NCBI GenBank assembly: GCA_002449135.1
Contig: DKCH01000021.1
Span: 2,395-66,394 of the forward strand
DNA from: Bacillales bacterium UBA6879
GTDB taxonomy: Bacteria; Bacillota_I; Bacilli_A; RFN20; CAG-288
Reading direction: 5' to 3'
Length of the DNA stretch: 64,000 bases
Position 1 is the stretch's first letter; each line of letters starts with the position of its first letter. The notes below the pieces were generated by a model, which did not search any database, was not told the origin of the DNA, and saw only the letters and a program-made list of their open reading frames with translations. A program made the translations under genes and the position numbers. This document shows positions 27,383 to 36,995 of the stretch, piece after piece.

Positions 27383-29272
27383 TTATTTACTAGTAGTATT
27401 ACTATTTGTAACACCAGCTCTTTGATTATTATAAGTTTCTAATGAACTAGTACCACCCATAAAAGCATTAATAGCAGAAAGAGGTAAGATTCTAGAAGAA
27501 AATTCTGAAGAAACCTTTAAACTTCTAAGATAGCTTCTCCAAGTGCTATCCCATGATCTAACATCAGATTCGGCAGTGGTTTCTCTCTTAACTTCAATAT
27601 AATTTTCTATAGCTTTCTTAACATCAGGATTTAATGTGATTTTAACTTTATTATCATTTTCACCACTTTCAGCCTTCGCTAAAGCTTCTTCAAACATACG
27701 ATAATCAAAATTAGAATCCATCTTTTTAATTTCAGTCTTAATAGTTTCAACTCTAGAATTGTAATTAGAAACCTCGGAATAAGCATATTTACCAACGAAA
27801 GTATCATTAGTAGTACCAACTGTTGGCTTATCTAAAGTATAGTATTTTACTAATTCATCTTGAGTAGTAACAAAAGGATCCTTAATAACAGAAATAAAAT
27901 GAATACCTTGGTAACCAGAAGAATCAGAAGTACCACCATCAGCTTTCTTAGCTAAAGAAGAAGAGGTAGAAGATGAACCAGTACCAGCTCTAGTAACTAA
28001 AATAGGGTAATCAGCATTTTCAGTATCAACTAAAACTTTATTAGCATTATTAACTTGTTGAACACCTGTAGTATGCTTATTGTTATCTACTTCAGTATAA
28101 GCTTGCATTGCATTAGTTAAAGTACTATTTTCCTTAAAAGCATTTGATTTATTAGCAGCTTCATAAATTGTTTCATTATAGTATTTAGAAAAATTGGTAT
28201 CAGTCTTTAAAGGACTATCATCTGGGTTATCTAAATAAATGTAGGATAAAGAATGGTTATTAAAATAATTGTTGAAAATAACATTTCTTGGATAATTAAT
28301 ATCTGAAGAATTATTAACTTCAACACCATTGCTATCTTTCACAATATCAGCATAATAATTTAAAGCTAATAAAGCAGAATAAGGAATACCATAAACCTTG
28401 TTATTAACAAATGTTTTATATTCAGCTTTTTCTGTTTCATTATAGCTAAATAACTTATTTTCAATTTCTTGTTTATTTTGTGCACTAACTTTATCGTTAA
28501 ATAAAGCATCGTAGGTATAGACATTATATTTAAATTCAGAAACATAGCTAGTCTTTGAATCCATAATACCTAAATCACCATAAGTTGAAGCAGAACCATC
28601 ATCAGATAAAGTTAAAGCAGTTTGGCCAAAACTATTATTGTTAACTAAACTACTAACAACAGAATAAAGTTGCTTAGCATCATCACTAGAAATAGTTCCA
28701 TTCCATAAAGAAGTAGAAGTAGCATCAACTTTAACTAAAATATGGCTTAAATGATAAGGATAAATTTTATATTTGCTATTTTCTGGATCTTCACTAGCAG
28801 TACCTAAAGCTTGTTTTAAATAGGTATTTTTATAATTATTATCAGAATAGAAGTCTTCGCTTAACTTAGTGGTTTTAGCTGCGAGATACTTTTTAGCCTC
28901 TAATTCTTCTAAAGAATCAACGCCTTCACTTTCTAAAGTCTTTTCAATTTCTTCAGCAGTATTAGTGCCGTTAGTTTTAGCAGATGATTCAGCATTTTGT
29001 TGAACAGAATTCATTTCACCTTCAACATTATCAATCATTGTTTCAGTTTTCTTAACAACAGCTTCAGTAACGATATCCTTTACAATATTGTAATAGGCTT
29101 CAACACCAGCAGAGGTATCTAAACCATATTTTTCATATAATTCAGCTGTAGTGTATTCTTTATCATTAACTGTAAGCATGACACCATCTTTATAATCGTA
29201 ACCTTGGCCACAGGAGACTAAACCAGCAGTTAAGGCAGCAACTAAACTTAAAGTAGCTAAGCTTTTCTTCAT
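27383..29272 (-). CDS. Surface lipoprotein with possible split parvulin-like signature
   Basis: Lipobox LVSCG. 629 aa. YHLSHILVK and GIHFISV resemble the start and end signatures of a parvulin PPIase domain, but they are ~280 aa apart. Confidence 0.55.
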   Translation of the reverse strand: MKKSLATLSLVAALTAGLVSCGQGYDYKDGVMLTVNDKEYTTAELYEKYGLDTSAGVEAYYNIVKDIVTEAVVKKTETMIDNVEGEMNSVQQNAESSAKTNGTNTAEEIEKTLESEGVDSLEELEAKKYLAAKTTKLSEDFYSDNNYKNTYLKQALGTASEDPENSKYKIYPYHLSHILVKVDATSTSLWNGTISSDDAKQLYSVVSSLVNNNSFGQTALTLSDDGSASTYGDLGIMDSKTSYVSEFKYNVYTYDALFNDKVSAQNKQEIENKLFSYNETEKAEYKTFVNNKVYGIPYSALLALNYYADIVKDSNGVEVNNSSDINYPRNVIFNNYFNNHSLSYIYLDNPDDSPLKTDTNFSKYYNETIYEAANKSNAFKENSTLTNAMQAYTEVDNNKHTTGVQQVNNANKVLVDTENADYPILVTRAGTGSSSTSSSLAKKADGGTSDSSGYQGIHFISVIKDPFVTTQDELVKYYTLDKPTVGTTNDTFVGKYAYSEVSNYNSRVETIKTEIKKMDSNFDYRMFEEALAKAESGENDNKVKITLNPDVKKAIENYIEVKRETTAESDVRSWDSTWRSYLRSLKVSSEFSSRILPLSAINAFMGGTSSLETYNNQRAGVTNSNTTSK

Positions 29273-29518
29273 ATTATTCCTCCAAATATATACTCAATAA
29301 TGTTATATGAATTTGTAAACATTTTCAAGCAAAATTTTGTTTAAAAGTTCAATAAATTATTCTATTATATATATAAAAAACATTAAAAAATAATATGTAT
29401 TTATTTTTTAAATTAAATTTTAAAATGTTTTTAACATATTACATCTCATATATTTAATGAGTATATTTCTTGAATATTTAAAAGCCTTTATTTAATATAT
29501 CTAAGGAAGGAGAAAACT

Positions 29519-30331
29519 ATGAAAGAATTAGAAATAAAAGATCTCCATGTTGAAGCTGATTCTATTGAGATTCTTCACGGAATAAATCTCAGTTTAGAAC
29601 CACAAGATAAACTTGCATTATTAGGCCCTAATGGACACGGAAAATCCACCTTATTAAACACTTTAATGGGAAATCCACACTATAAAATTACAAGTGGCAA
29701 AATTATATATAAAGGCCAAGATATCACTAATTTAAAAGTTGAGGAAAAAGCAAAATTAGGTTTCTTTATGGCTTTTCAAAATCCACCAGAAATTAGTGGT
29801 GTTGAATCAATAGACTTTTATAAGCAAATAATTAATTGCCATAGAGAAAAACCTATAAACTTATTTGAATTCTATAACGCTTTAAATAGCGCTTATAAAA
29901 AAGTTGATTTACCAGATGATATGAATACTCGTTTCCTAAACGAGGGTTTTTCAGGTGGTGAAAAGAAAAGAAATGAAATTCTACAAATGATTTTACTTAA
30001 TCCACCTTTTGTTATGCTCGATGAAATTGATTCTGGACTTGATGTTGATGCTTTAAAACTTATCGGTGAAAATATTGTTGAACAAGAAAAGAAAGGCTCC
30101 ACTTTTATAATCATTTCTCACTATGCTCGTTTATTTTCATATGTTCATCCAAATAAAGCAGCTATTATTATTAATGGCAAAATTGCTTTAACTGGTGATA
30201 CATCTTTAATTACAAAAGTCGATACAGAAGGTTATGAATTTTTATCTAAAGAATATGGCATTAAAATCAAAAAAGAAGAAACTAAGAAGCCAGTAGTTTT
30301 AGAAACATGTGCTTATAAAAAGGTAGGCTAA
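29519..30331 (+). CDS. sufC: Fe-S cluster assembly ATPase SufC
   Basis: Walker A GPNGHGKST, signature FSGGEKKR, Walker B VMLDEIDSGLD. Confidence 0.9.
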   Translation: MKELEIKDLHVEADSIEILHGINLSLEPQDKLALLGPNGHGKSTLLNTLMGNPHYKITSGKIIYKGQDITNLKVEEKAKLGFFMAFQNPPEISGVESIDFYKQIINCHREKPINLFEFYNALNSAYKKVDLPDDMNTRFLNEGFSGGEKKRNEILQMILLNPPFVMLDEIDSGLDVDALKLIGENIVEQEKKGSTFIIISHYARLFSYVHPNKAAIIINGKIALTGDTSLITKVDTEGYEFLSKEYGIKIKKEETKKPVVLETCAYKKVG

Positions 30332-30332
30332 A

Positions 30333-31055
30333 ATGTTAGAAACTTTTAATAATCTTACTAAGTTAGAAAAAATTATTGAAAAAAAATCTTCTTACTTAGT
30401 TTTAGTAAATAACGACTTAAATTTGTCTTTAGAGGTAAAAGATAGTTTAAAACTAGAATTAGTAATTATTAATAAAGCAAATATCACTGGTTTTATTAAT
30501 GTTGATAATAACGCTAATTTGGAAGTGGTAATTATTGACTTTTCTTCTAGTGACACTAATTTAAAAATTACAGGTCAATTATTGGATTTTGCTAATGCTA
30601 CTTATCATTTAGCAACTAGAGCTAATTTAGAAAAAAAGGTCTTTGATATTAACTTACAAGCTAAAGGAATAAAAACTAATTCATTAGTAAAGATGAATGG
30701 TGTTTTACTTAATAAAGGTCAACTTGTTTTCTTAGGTTCTACTGATATTTTAAAAGGAGCTAAAAAATCAAAGGCAAGACAAGAAGGACGTATTGCTAAC
30801 CTTTCAAAAGATGGGCAAGCACAAGTTTCTCCTAGCCTAAACATTTATGAAAATGATGTTAATGCTTCTCATGGTGCGGCTTTAGGTAAAGTAAATGATG
30901 ATGTTTTATTTTATTTAACTAGTCGAGGTCTAACAAAAATTGAAGCGACCAATTTGATAACTTTAGGCTATTTAAAGCCTGTTATTTCATTAATAGATGA
31001 TGAAAAAATAAGAAATTCACTTTTAGAAACTTTATTAAAAAGAGAAGGTAAATAA
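30333..31055 (+). CDS. sufD: SufD-like Fe-S assembly protein, unusually short (240 aa)
   Basis: Positioned between sufC and sufS. Contains beta-helix-type repeats and the C-terminal FYLTSRGL motif shared with SufB/SufD. Confidence 0.6.
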   Translation: MLETFNNLTKLEKIIEKKSSYLVLVNNDLNLSLEVKDSLKLELVIINKANITGFINVDNNANLEVVIIDFSSSDTNLKITGQLLDFANATYHLATRANLEKKVFDINLQAKGIKTNSLVKMNGVLLNKGQLVFLGSTDILKGAKKSKARQEGRIANLSKDGQAQVSPSLNIYENDVNASHGAALGKVNDDVLFYLTSRGLTKIEATNLITLGYLKPVISLIDDEKIRNSLLETLLKREGK

Positions 31056-31056
31056 A

Positions 31057-32289
31057 ATGGAATACGATGTAAATAAAATTAGAGAAGATTTCCCAATGTT
31101 TAAAAATTATCCAACTATGCAAGGTAAAAAACTTGTATATTTTGATAATGCAGCAACTACATTTAAACCATATCAAGTCATTCAAGCTCAAGATGAGTAT
31201 TATTTAAATTTCACAGCAAATTCCCATCGTGGCGACTATGATTTAGCTCACTTAGTCGATGTTAAATATGATGAGGCTAGAGAAGAAGTGGCCAAATTTA
31301 TCAATGCTAACAAAGGAGAGGTTGTCTTTACTTCTGGTGCTAGTATGTCTTTAAATTTAGCTGCTTTTGGTTTAATGGATTTTCTTAAAGAAGGTGATGA
31401 AATCTTAATTTCAGAAGCTGAACATGCTTCTAATATTCTTCCATGGTTCCATATTGCCCATGTTAAAAAGTGCAATGTTAGATATATTCCTCTTTCTAAA
31501 GATGGCCACCTTACTATAGAAAATTTTGAAAAATCTTTAACCCCAAGAACTAAAATTGTTTCTTTAGCTCAAGTAACTAACGTTTTAGGCCATACTATAC
31601 CAGTAAAAGAATTTGCAAATTTAGCTCATAAAAATGGCGCATATTTTATTGTAGATGGTGCTCAATCAGTCCCACATATGAAGATTGATGTTAAAGACAT
31701 GGACTGTGATTTATTAGCCTTTTCAGGTCATAAATTATGTGGTCCTACTGGAATTGGTGTCCTTTATGGTAAATATGATTTACTAGTAAAGATGCCACCT
31801 TTATTAACTGGTGGTGGAATGAATACTCGTTTTGAAACTTGTGGAAATGTTACTTACCAAATCCCACCATTAAAATTTGAAGCGGGAACCCAAAATATTG
31901 CTGGTGCTTTAGGCCTAGCAAGTGCATGTAAATATTTAGAAAAAATCGGTCTAGATAAAATTGAAAAGCACGAGTTAGAATTAAGACAATACATCATAAA
32001 CGCTTTAGAGAAAAATGATAATATTGTTTTATACAATAAAAATGCCGAGTCTGGAATTATTACTTTCAATTTTAAAAATGTTTTTGCCCAAGATGGTGCT
32101 TCCTTATTAAATTCCAAAGGTATTGCTGTCCGTTCTGGTCAACATTGTGCAAAGATTTTATTAGATTTTCTACATACTGATGCTACTATTCGTGCTTCTT
32201 TATATTTATATAATACTAAAGAAGAAGCTGATCAATTTATTGAAGCTTGTACACATGGAAAGGATTTTTTAGATGCCTTTTTCAATTAA
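31057..32289 (+). CDS. sufS: Cysteine desulfurase SufS
   Basis: Class V aminotransferase. FSGHKLCGPTGIGVLYG (PLP lysine) and the active-site Cys region RSGQHCA. Confidence 0.9.
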   Translation: MEYDVNKIREDFPMFKNYPTMQGKKLVYFDNAATTFKPYQVIQAQDEYYLNFTANSHRGDYDLAHLVDVKYDEAREEVAKFINANKGEVVFTSGASMSLNLAAFGLMDFLKEGDEILISEAEHASNILPWFHIAHVKKCNVRYIPLSKDGHLTIENFEKSLTPRTKIVSLAQVTNVLGHTIPVKEFANLAHKNGAYFIVDGAQSVPHMKIDVKDMDCDLLAFSGHKLCGPTGIGVLYGKYDLLVKMPPLLTGGGMNTRFETCGNVTYQIPPLKFEAGTQNIAGALGLASACKYLEKIGLDKIEKHELELRQYIINALEKNDNIVLYNKNAESGIITFNFKNVFAQDGASLLNSKGIAVRSGQHCAKILLDFLHTDATIRASLYLYNTKEEADQFIEACTHGKDFLDAFFN

Positions 32290-32731
32290 AGATAATCCGA
32301 TGATGCTTAGGGAAATCATCATGGATAATTATCAAAACCCTAAAAACAAAAGAGAAACTAAAGATCCACGTTATATTACTATACACATGGATTCTGCTAG
32401 TTGTATTGATGATATTTATGTTCAAGTTTTAATTGAAAATAATATAATTACTGATTGCTTATGGCATGGTAATAGCTGTGCAATTTCTGCGGCTTCTACT
32501 TCCATCATGACTGATTTAGTAAAAGGCAAAACCTTAGAAGAAGCTAAGGATATTATGAATAATTTTAATAAAATGATTAATGCTGAATCATTTGATGAAG
32601 ATAAATTAAAAGAAGCAATAGCTTTTATAAATACCAATAGACAACCTTCACGTATTGGCTGTGCTACTATCGGGTGGCGTGGTTTAAATAAAGCAATAGA
32701 GGAGGAGAAGGATGAAAGAAGAAAAAACTAA
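32273..32731 (+). CDS. sufU: Fe-S cluster scaffold SufU
   Basis: NYQNPKNK..., [10 protein letters not shown], conserved Cys/Asp scaffold residues. An alternative start is ATG at 32300. Confidence 0.8.
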   Translation: MPFSIKDNPMMLREIIMDNYQNPKNKRETKDPRYITIHMDSASCIDDIYVQVLIENNIITDCLWHGNSCAISAASTSIMTDLVKGKTLEEAKDIMNNFNKMINAESFDEDKLKEAIAFINTNRQPSRIGCATIGWRGLNKAIEEEKDERRKN

Positions 32732-34124
32732 TATAGAAAACATCGATCTTTCTCGTGAAAAATATGAATTTAAAGATAAAGATGTTTCTATTTATAAAAC
32801 CCCAAGAGGTTTATCTGAAGAAATTATAAAAGAAATTTCTAGTCAAAAAAACGAGCCAAAATGGATGCTAGATTATCGTTTAAAGTCTTATCATGAGTTT
32901 ATAAGAAGAAAGCAGCCATCCTTTGGACCTGATTTATCTTTTTTAGATTTTAATTCCTATACTTATTTTACAAGGATGTCTGATAAAGTTTCAACTTCAT
33001 GGGAGGATGTTCCTAAAACAGTTAGAAACACCTTTGATAAACTCGGAATTCCTCAGGCTGAAAAAGAATATTTAGCGGGTGTTTCTACCCAATATGAATC
33101 TGAAGCCGTTTATCATAATATGTTAAAAGAAGTGTCTGATAAAGGTGTAATTTTTTTAGATACTGATACTGCTTTAAAAACCTATCCTGATTTATTCAAA
33201 AAATATTTTGGAACACTAGTTCCTTTTAACGATAATAAATACGCTGCCTTAAATGGTGCTTGCTGGTCAGGTGGATCTTTTATTTATGTACCAAAAGGTG
33301 TTAAGTTAGATAAACCATTACAATCATATTTTAGAATTAATAATGAAAGAAGTGGTCAATTTGAACGTACACTAATTATTGTTGATGATGATGCAGAAGT
33401 TCACTATGTTGAAGGGTGTACTGCTCCTCAATATTCTAAAGAATCCTTACATGCAGCAGTTGTTGAAATTTTTGTTGGTAAAAACGCTAAATGCCGTTAT
33501 TCTACTATCCAAAACTGGTCAGATAACATTGTTAATTTAGTAACTAAAAGAGCAATTTGCGAAGAAAATGGCTTAATGGAATGGATTGATGGAAATATCG
33601 GTTCACAATTAAATATGAAATATCCAGCTTGCATTTTAAAAGGTGATAATTCAAAAGGAACCTGTATTTCTATTGCGGTAGCAAGTAAAAATCAATATCA
33701 AGATGCGGGTGCTAAAATGATTCATTTAGGAAAAAATACTTCTTCCAATATTATTTCTAAATCAATCTGTAAAGAAGGTGGCATTGTCAATTATCGTGGA
33801 ACCGCTCATATTTGTAAATCTGCTACTAATTCTCATGCCCATATTGAATGCGATACTTTAATATTAGATGAAAAATCAGCTTCAGATACTATTCCCACAA
33901 ATATAGTAGAAAACGATTCTTCAAATATTGAACACGAAGCAACAGTTTCTAAAATAGATGAAGAAATGCTTTTCTATTTAATGTCCCGTGGTTTAAGCCT
34001 CAAAGAAGCAACTCACATGATTGTCATGGGCTTTATTGAGCCATTTAGCAAGGAATTACCAATGGAATATGCTGTAGAATTAAATCAATTAATTAAATTG
34101 GATATGGAAGGAAGTATTGGTTAA
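32712..34124 (+). CDS. sufB: Fe-S cluster assembly protein SufB
   Basis: 470 aa. FYLMSRGL C-terminal motif and conserved SufB core. Confidence 0.9.
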   Translation: MKEEKTNIENIDLSREKYEFKDKDVSIYKTPRGLSEEIIKEISSQKNEPKWMLDYRLKSYHEFIRRKQPSFGPDLSFLDFNSYTYFTRMSDKVSTSWEDVPKTVRNTFDKLGIPQAEKEYLAGVSTQYESEAVYHNMLKEVSDKGVIFLDTDTALKTYPDLFKKYFGTLVPFNDNKYAALNGACWSGGSFIYVPKGVKLDKPLQSYFRINNERSGQFERTLIIVDDDAEVHYVEGCTAPQYSKESLHAAVVEIFVGKNAKCRYSTIQNWSDNIVNLVTKRAICEENGLMEWIDGNIGSQLNMKYPACILKGDNSKGTCISIAVASKNQYQDAGAKMIHLGKNTSSNIISKSICKEGGIVNYRGTAHICKSATNSHAHIECDTLILDEKSASDTIPTNIVENDSSNIEHEATVSKIDEEMLFYLMSRGLSLKEATHMIVMGFIEPFSKELPMEYAVELNQLIKLDMEGSIG

Positions 34125-35986
34125 TGCTTAGTTATGATATTGTAGTTGTAGGTGGTGGACATGCTGGTGTTGAAGCTAGTAATATAGCTAGTAAATTAAA
34201 TAAAAAGACTCTTTTAGTTTGTCTTAATAAAAAAATGATTTCTAATATGCCTTGTAATCCACATATTGGTGGTTCAGCTAAAGGTATAGTAGTTAGAGAA
34301 ATTGATGCTCTAGGAGGAATAATGGGGAAAGTTGCAGACCATAACTACCTCCAAATGAAACTTTTAAATACTTCTAAAGGCCCTGGTGTCCAATCATTAA
34401 GAGCTCAAGAGGATAAAATTACTTATCCAAAAGAAATGCAAGAATACCTTTCTAAACTCTCTAACTTAGATATTTTAGAAGCTGAAGTTAAAAAAATAGT
34501 AACTAAAGGTGATACCATCAGTGGCGTTGAATTAGATGATGGTACTTTTGTTAGTGCAAAAGCTGTTATTTTAACAACTGGAACATATTTAAATGCCGAA
34601 GTAATGGCAGGAAACGATGTAAAAAAGGGTGGGCCAGACAATCAAAAAGCTGCAATTGGTCTTTCAAAATCTTTAGAAGAACATGGTATTGAACTTTTTA
34701 GGTTAAAAACAGGAACTCCTCAAAGATTAGATCCTCAAACTATTGACTTTTCAATCTTAGAAGAGCAACTAGGTACAAATAAAAAACTCGCTTTTTCCTA
34801 TGATACTACAACCTATGTTCCTTTTGAACAACAATGTAAATGTTACTTAACCTACACTAATAGTAAAACTCATGAAATTATTAAAAAGCATTTAATGGAA
34901 TCTAGTATGTATTCTGGCTTAATTTCTGGTGTTGGCCCACGTTATTGTCCTTCAATTGAAACTAAAATTGTAAGATTTAAGGATAAACCTCGTCATCAAT
35001 TATTTTTAGAGCCTGAATCAAGGTTTTTAAATTCTACATATTTACAAGGTTTTTCTACTTCTATGCCTCATGATGTTCAAGAAGAAATGGTTCATTCATT
35101 AAAGGGCTTAGAAAAAGCAAAAATTTTAAAATATGCTTATGCTATTGAATATGATGCAATTAAACCACTACAATTTGATAAGTCTTTAATGTTAAGAAAA
35201 ATAAAAGGCTTATTTGGGGCTGGACAAATTATTGGTACTTCTGGTTATGAAGAAGCTGGAAGCTTAGGATTAATGGCGGGTATTAATGCTAGTTTATATA
35301 TCGATAAAAAAGCTCCGTTCATCCTTAATCGTGATCAAGCTTATATTGGAATTATGATAGATGATTTAATCACTAAAGGAACAGAAGAACCATATAGATT
35401 ACTTTCATCCCGTTCAGAATATAGACTTCTAACTCGTTCAGATAATGCTGATACCCGTTTACTTAAACTAGGCTATGAATTAGGAACAAATTCCTTAGAA
35501 AGATATAACAAATTCTTAGCTAGGGAAGAAGAAATTAAACAATCTATATCTAAATTAAAGGAAATGTATTTAGGTAATAACTTAAAAGTCAGCAGTTATA
35601 TAGAATCATTAGGTTTTAATAAACCAAATCCCAATACATCTTATTTTGATTTAATAAAAAGACAACCTGTAAAATATGAAGTCTTAACAGAATTAAATCC
35701 TGATTTACCAAAATTAGAAGAAAATCTAGCCGAAAAACTAGAAATAGGTATTAAATACGAAGGATACATTAAACTCCAACTTAAAGAAGCTGAAAAATTA
35801 AAAACCTATGAGAAAATTTCAATACCTGATAATTTAGATTATCTTAATATGGATGGTGTTTCCTTAGAAGCTAGAGAAAAATTAAATATTATAAAACCAA
35901 AAACTATCGGTGAAGCTCAAAGAATCACTAATGTTCATCCTGCTGATATTAACGCTTTAATTTTACATATTAAAGCTAAAAACTAA
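34124..35986 (+). CDS. mnmG: tRNA uridine-5-carboxymethylaminomethyl modification enzyme MnmG
   Basis: YDIVVVGGGHAGVEAS FAD-binding N-terminus. 620 aa. Confidence 0.9.
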   Translation: MLSYDIVVVGGGHAGVEASNIASKLNKKTLLVCLNKKMISNMPCNPHIGGSAKGIVVREIDALGGIMGKVADHNYLQMKLLNTSKGPGVQSLRAQEDKITYPKEMQEYLSKLSNLDILEAEVKKIVTKGDTISGVELDDGTFVSAKAVILTTGTYLNAEVMAGNDVKKGGPDNQKAAIGLSKSLEEHGIELFRLKTGTPQRLDPQTIDFSILEEQLGTNKKLAFSYDTTTYVPFEQQCKCYLTYTNSKTHEIIKKHLMESSMYSGLISGVGPRYCPSIETKIVRFKDKPRHQLFLEPESRFLNSTYLQGFSTSMPHDVQEEMVHSLKGLEKAKILKYAYAIEYDAIKPLQFDKSLMLRKIKGLFGAGQIIGTSGYEEAGSLGLMAGINASLYIDKKAPFILNRDQAYIGIMIDDLITKGTEEPYRLLSSRSEYRLLTRSDNADTRLLKLGYELGTNSLERYNKFLAREEEIKQSISKLKEMYLGNNLKVSSYIESLGFNKPNPNTSYFDLIKRQPVKYEVLTELNPDLPKLEENLAEKLEIGIKYEGYIKLQLKEAEKLKTYEKISIPDNLDYLNMDGVSLEAREKLNIIKPKTIGEAQRITNVHPADINALILHIKAKN

Positions 35987-36300
35987 TACCAGCCATAGTC
36001 AGGGTTGTTGGTTTCAATAACATTATAATCATCATCAACAACTACGACTTTATTTACACCCATTACTTCTTGTTGTAAGATTTGCTCTACACCATTAGTA
36101 ATAGTTGAATCAACTAACATACATCCTTGACAAGCGCCACTTAATGAAACTAAAACAGTGCCAGTTTCTTTTTCATATCCTTTAAAGTGAATATCTCCAC
36201 CATCTCTTCTAATAAAGACAGCAACTTTTTCTAAAGTATCTTCTATTTGATCAATAATAGGATCATCTTTTAATATTAAATTTTCTTTCTTGTATTGCAT
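35983..36300 (-). CDS. NifU-like (Nfu C-terminal domain) Fe-S protein
   Basis: GGDIHFKGY...VLVSLSGACQGC is the Nfu CxxC motif. Convergent 4-nt overlap with mnmG. Confidence 0.7.
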   Translation of the reverse strand: MQYKKENLILKDDPIIDQIEDTLEKVAVFIRRDGGDIHFKGYEKETGTVLVSLSGACQGCMLVDSTITNGVEQILQQEVMGVNKVVVVDDDYNVIETNNPDYGWY

Positions 36301-36355
36301 ATTTTTTACCCATATAAAGTATATATTATTTCCTATAAATTGATACTAAATATGC

Positions 36356-36820
36356 TTACTTAGATTTTTCTAAATTAATAAATGATAAAATTAAACCAAG
36401 TAAATCAACAAAGAAAATAGTTGAAAATAAAGAATTATAACTAGTTGAAAAATTAAGAAAAGCTCTTACTGAATTATCAGTTAAAATAGTTGCAAAAGAA
36501 AAATAACTAATAAAAGAAAAACAAAAAGCAATTAAAGGAAAAATATTTGCAAATCTAGCAAAATAACCAAATAAACCAAACAAACAAAAAAAGAATGGTA
36601 AATAAAAGGCAATAAGTACTAAATAAGTATCAACATTAGAAAAATTAAAATTAAATAAATTACTTTTTACAAAAGTTAAAAAAGTATTAGAAAAAGCTAA
36701 ATTTAAAGAATTACCAGCTTCATTAAAAAGGCTTAAAGAATATAAACAAAAAATAACACCAGAAAGAATGATATTTACAATAGCGATTACTAATGAAGAT
36801 CTTTTCTTTTTTAAAGTCAT
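36356..36820 (-). CDS. Small polytopic membrane protein
   Basis: 154 aa with four hydrophobic helices. Confidence 0.4.
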   Translation of the reverse strand: MTLKKKRSSLVIAIVNIILSGVIFCLYSLSLFNEAGNSLNLAFSNTFLTFVKSNLFNFNFSNVDTYLVLIAFYLPFFFCLFGLFGYFARFANIFPLIAFCFSFISYFSFATILTDNSVRAFLNFSTSYNSLFSTIFFVDLLGLILSFINLEKSK

Positions 36821-36995
36821 ATTTTCCTCGTTATTAATTATAACAAAATTTAAGTGGTATTAGTATTAAGAGAATAAAACATCTATGTTCATAAGATGTT
36901 TAAAATATAAAATATTTTTTCAAGCTTTAGCTTTTTATTTCATAAATTATATTAAACAATATATAATATAAGAGACTTTCAAAGAGGTGAGACGA

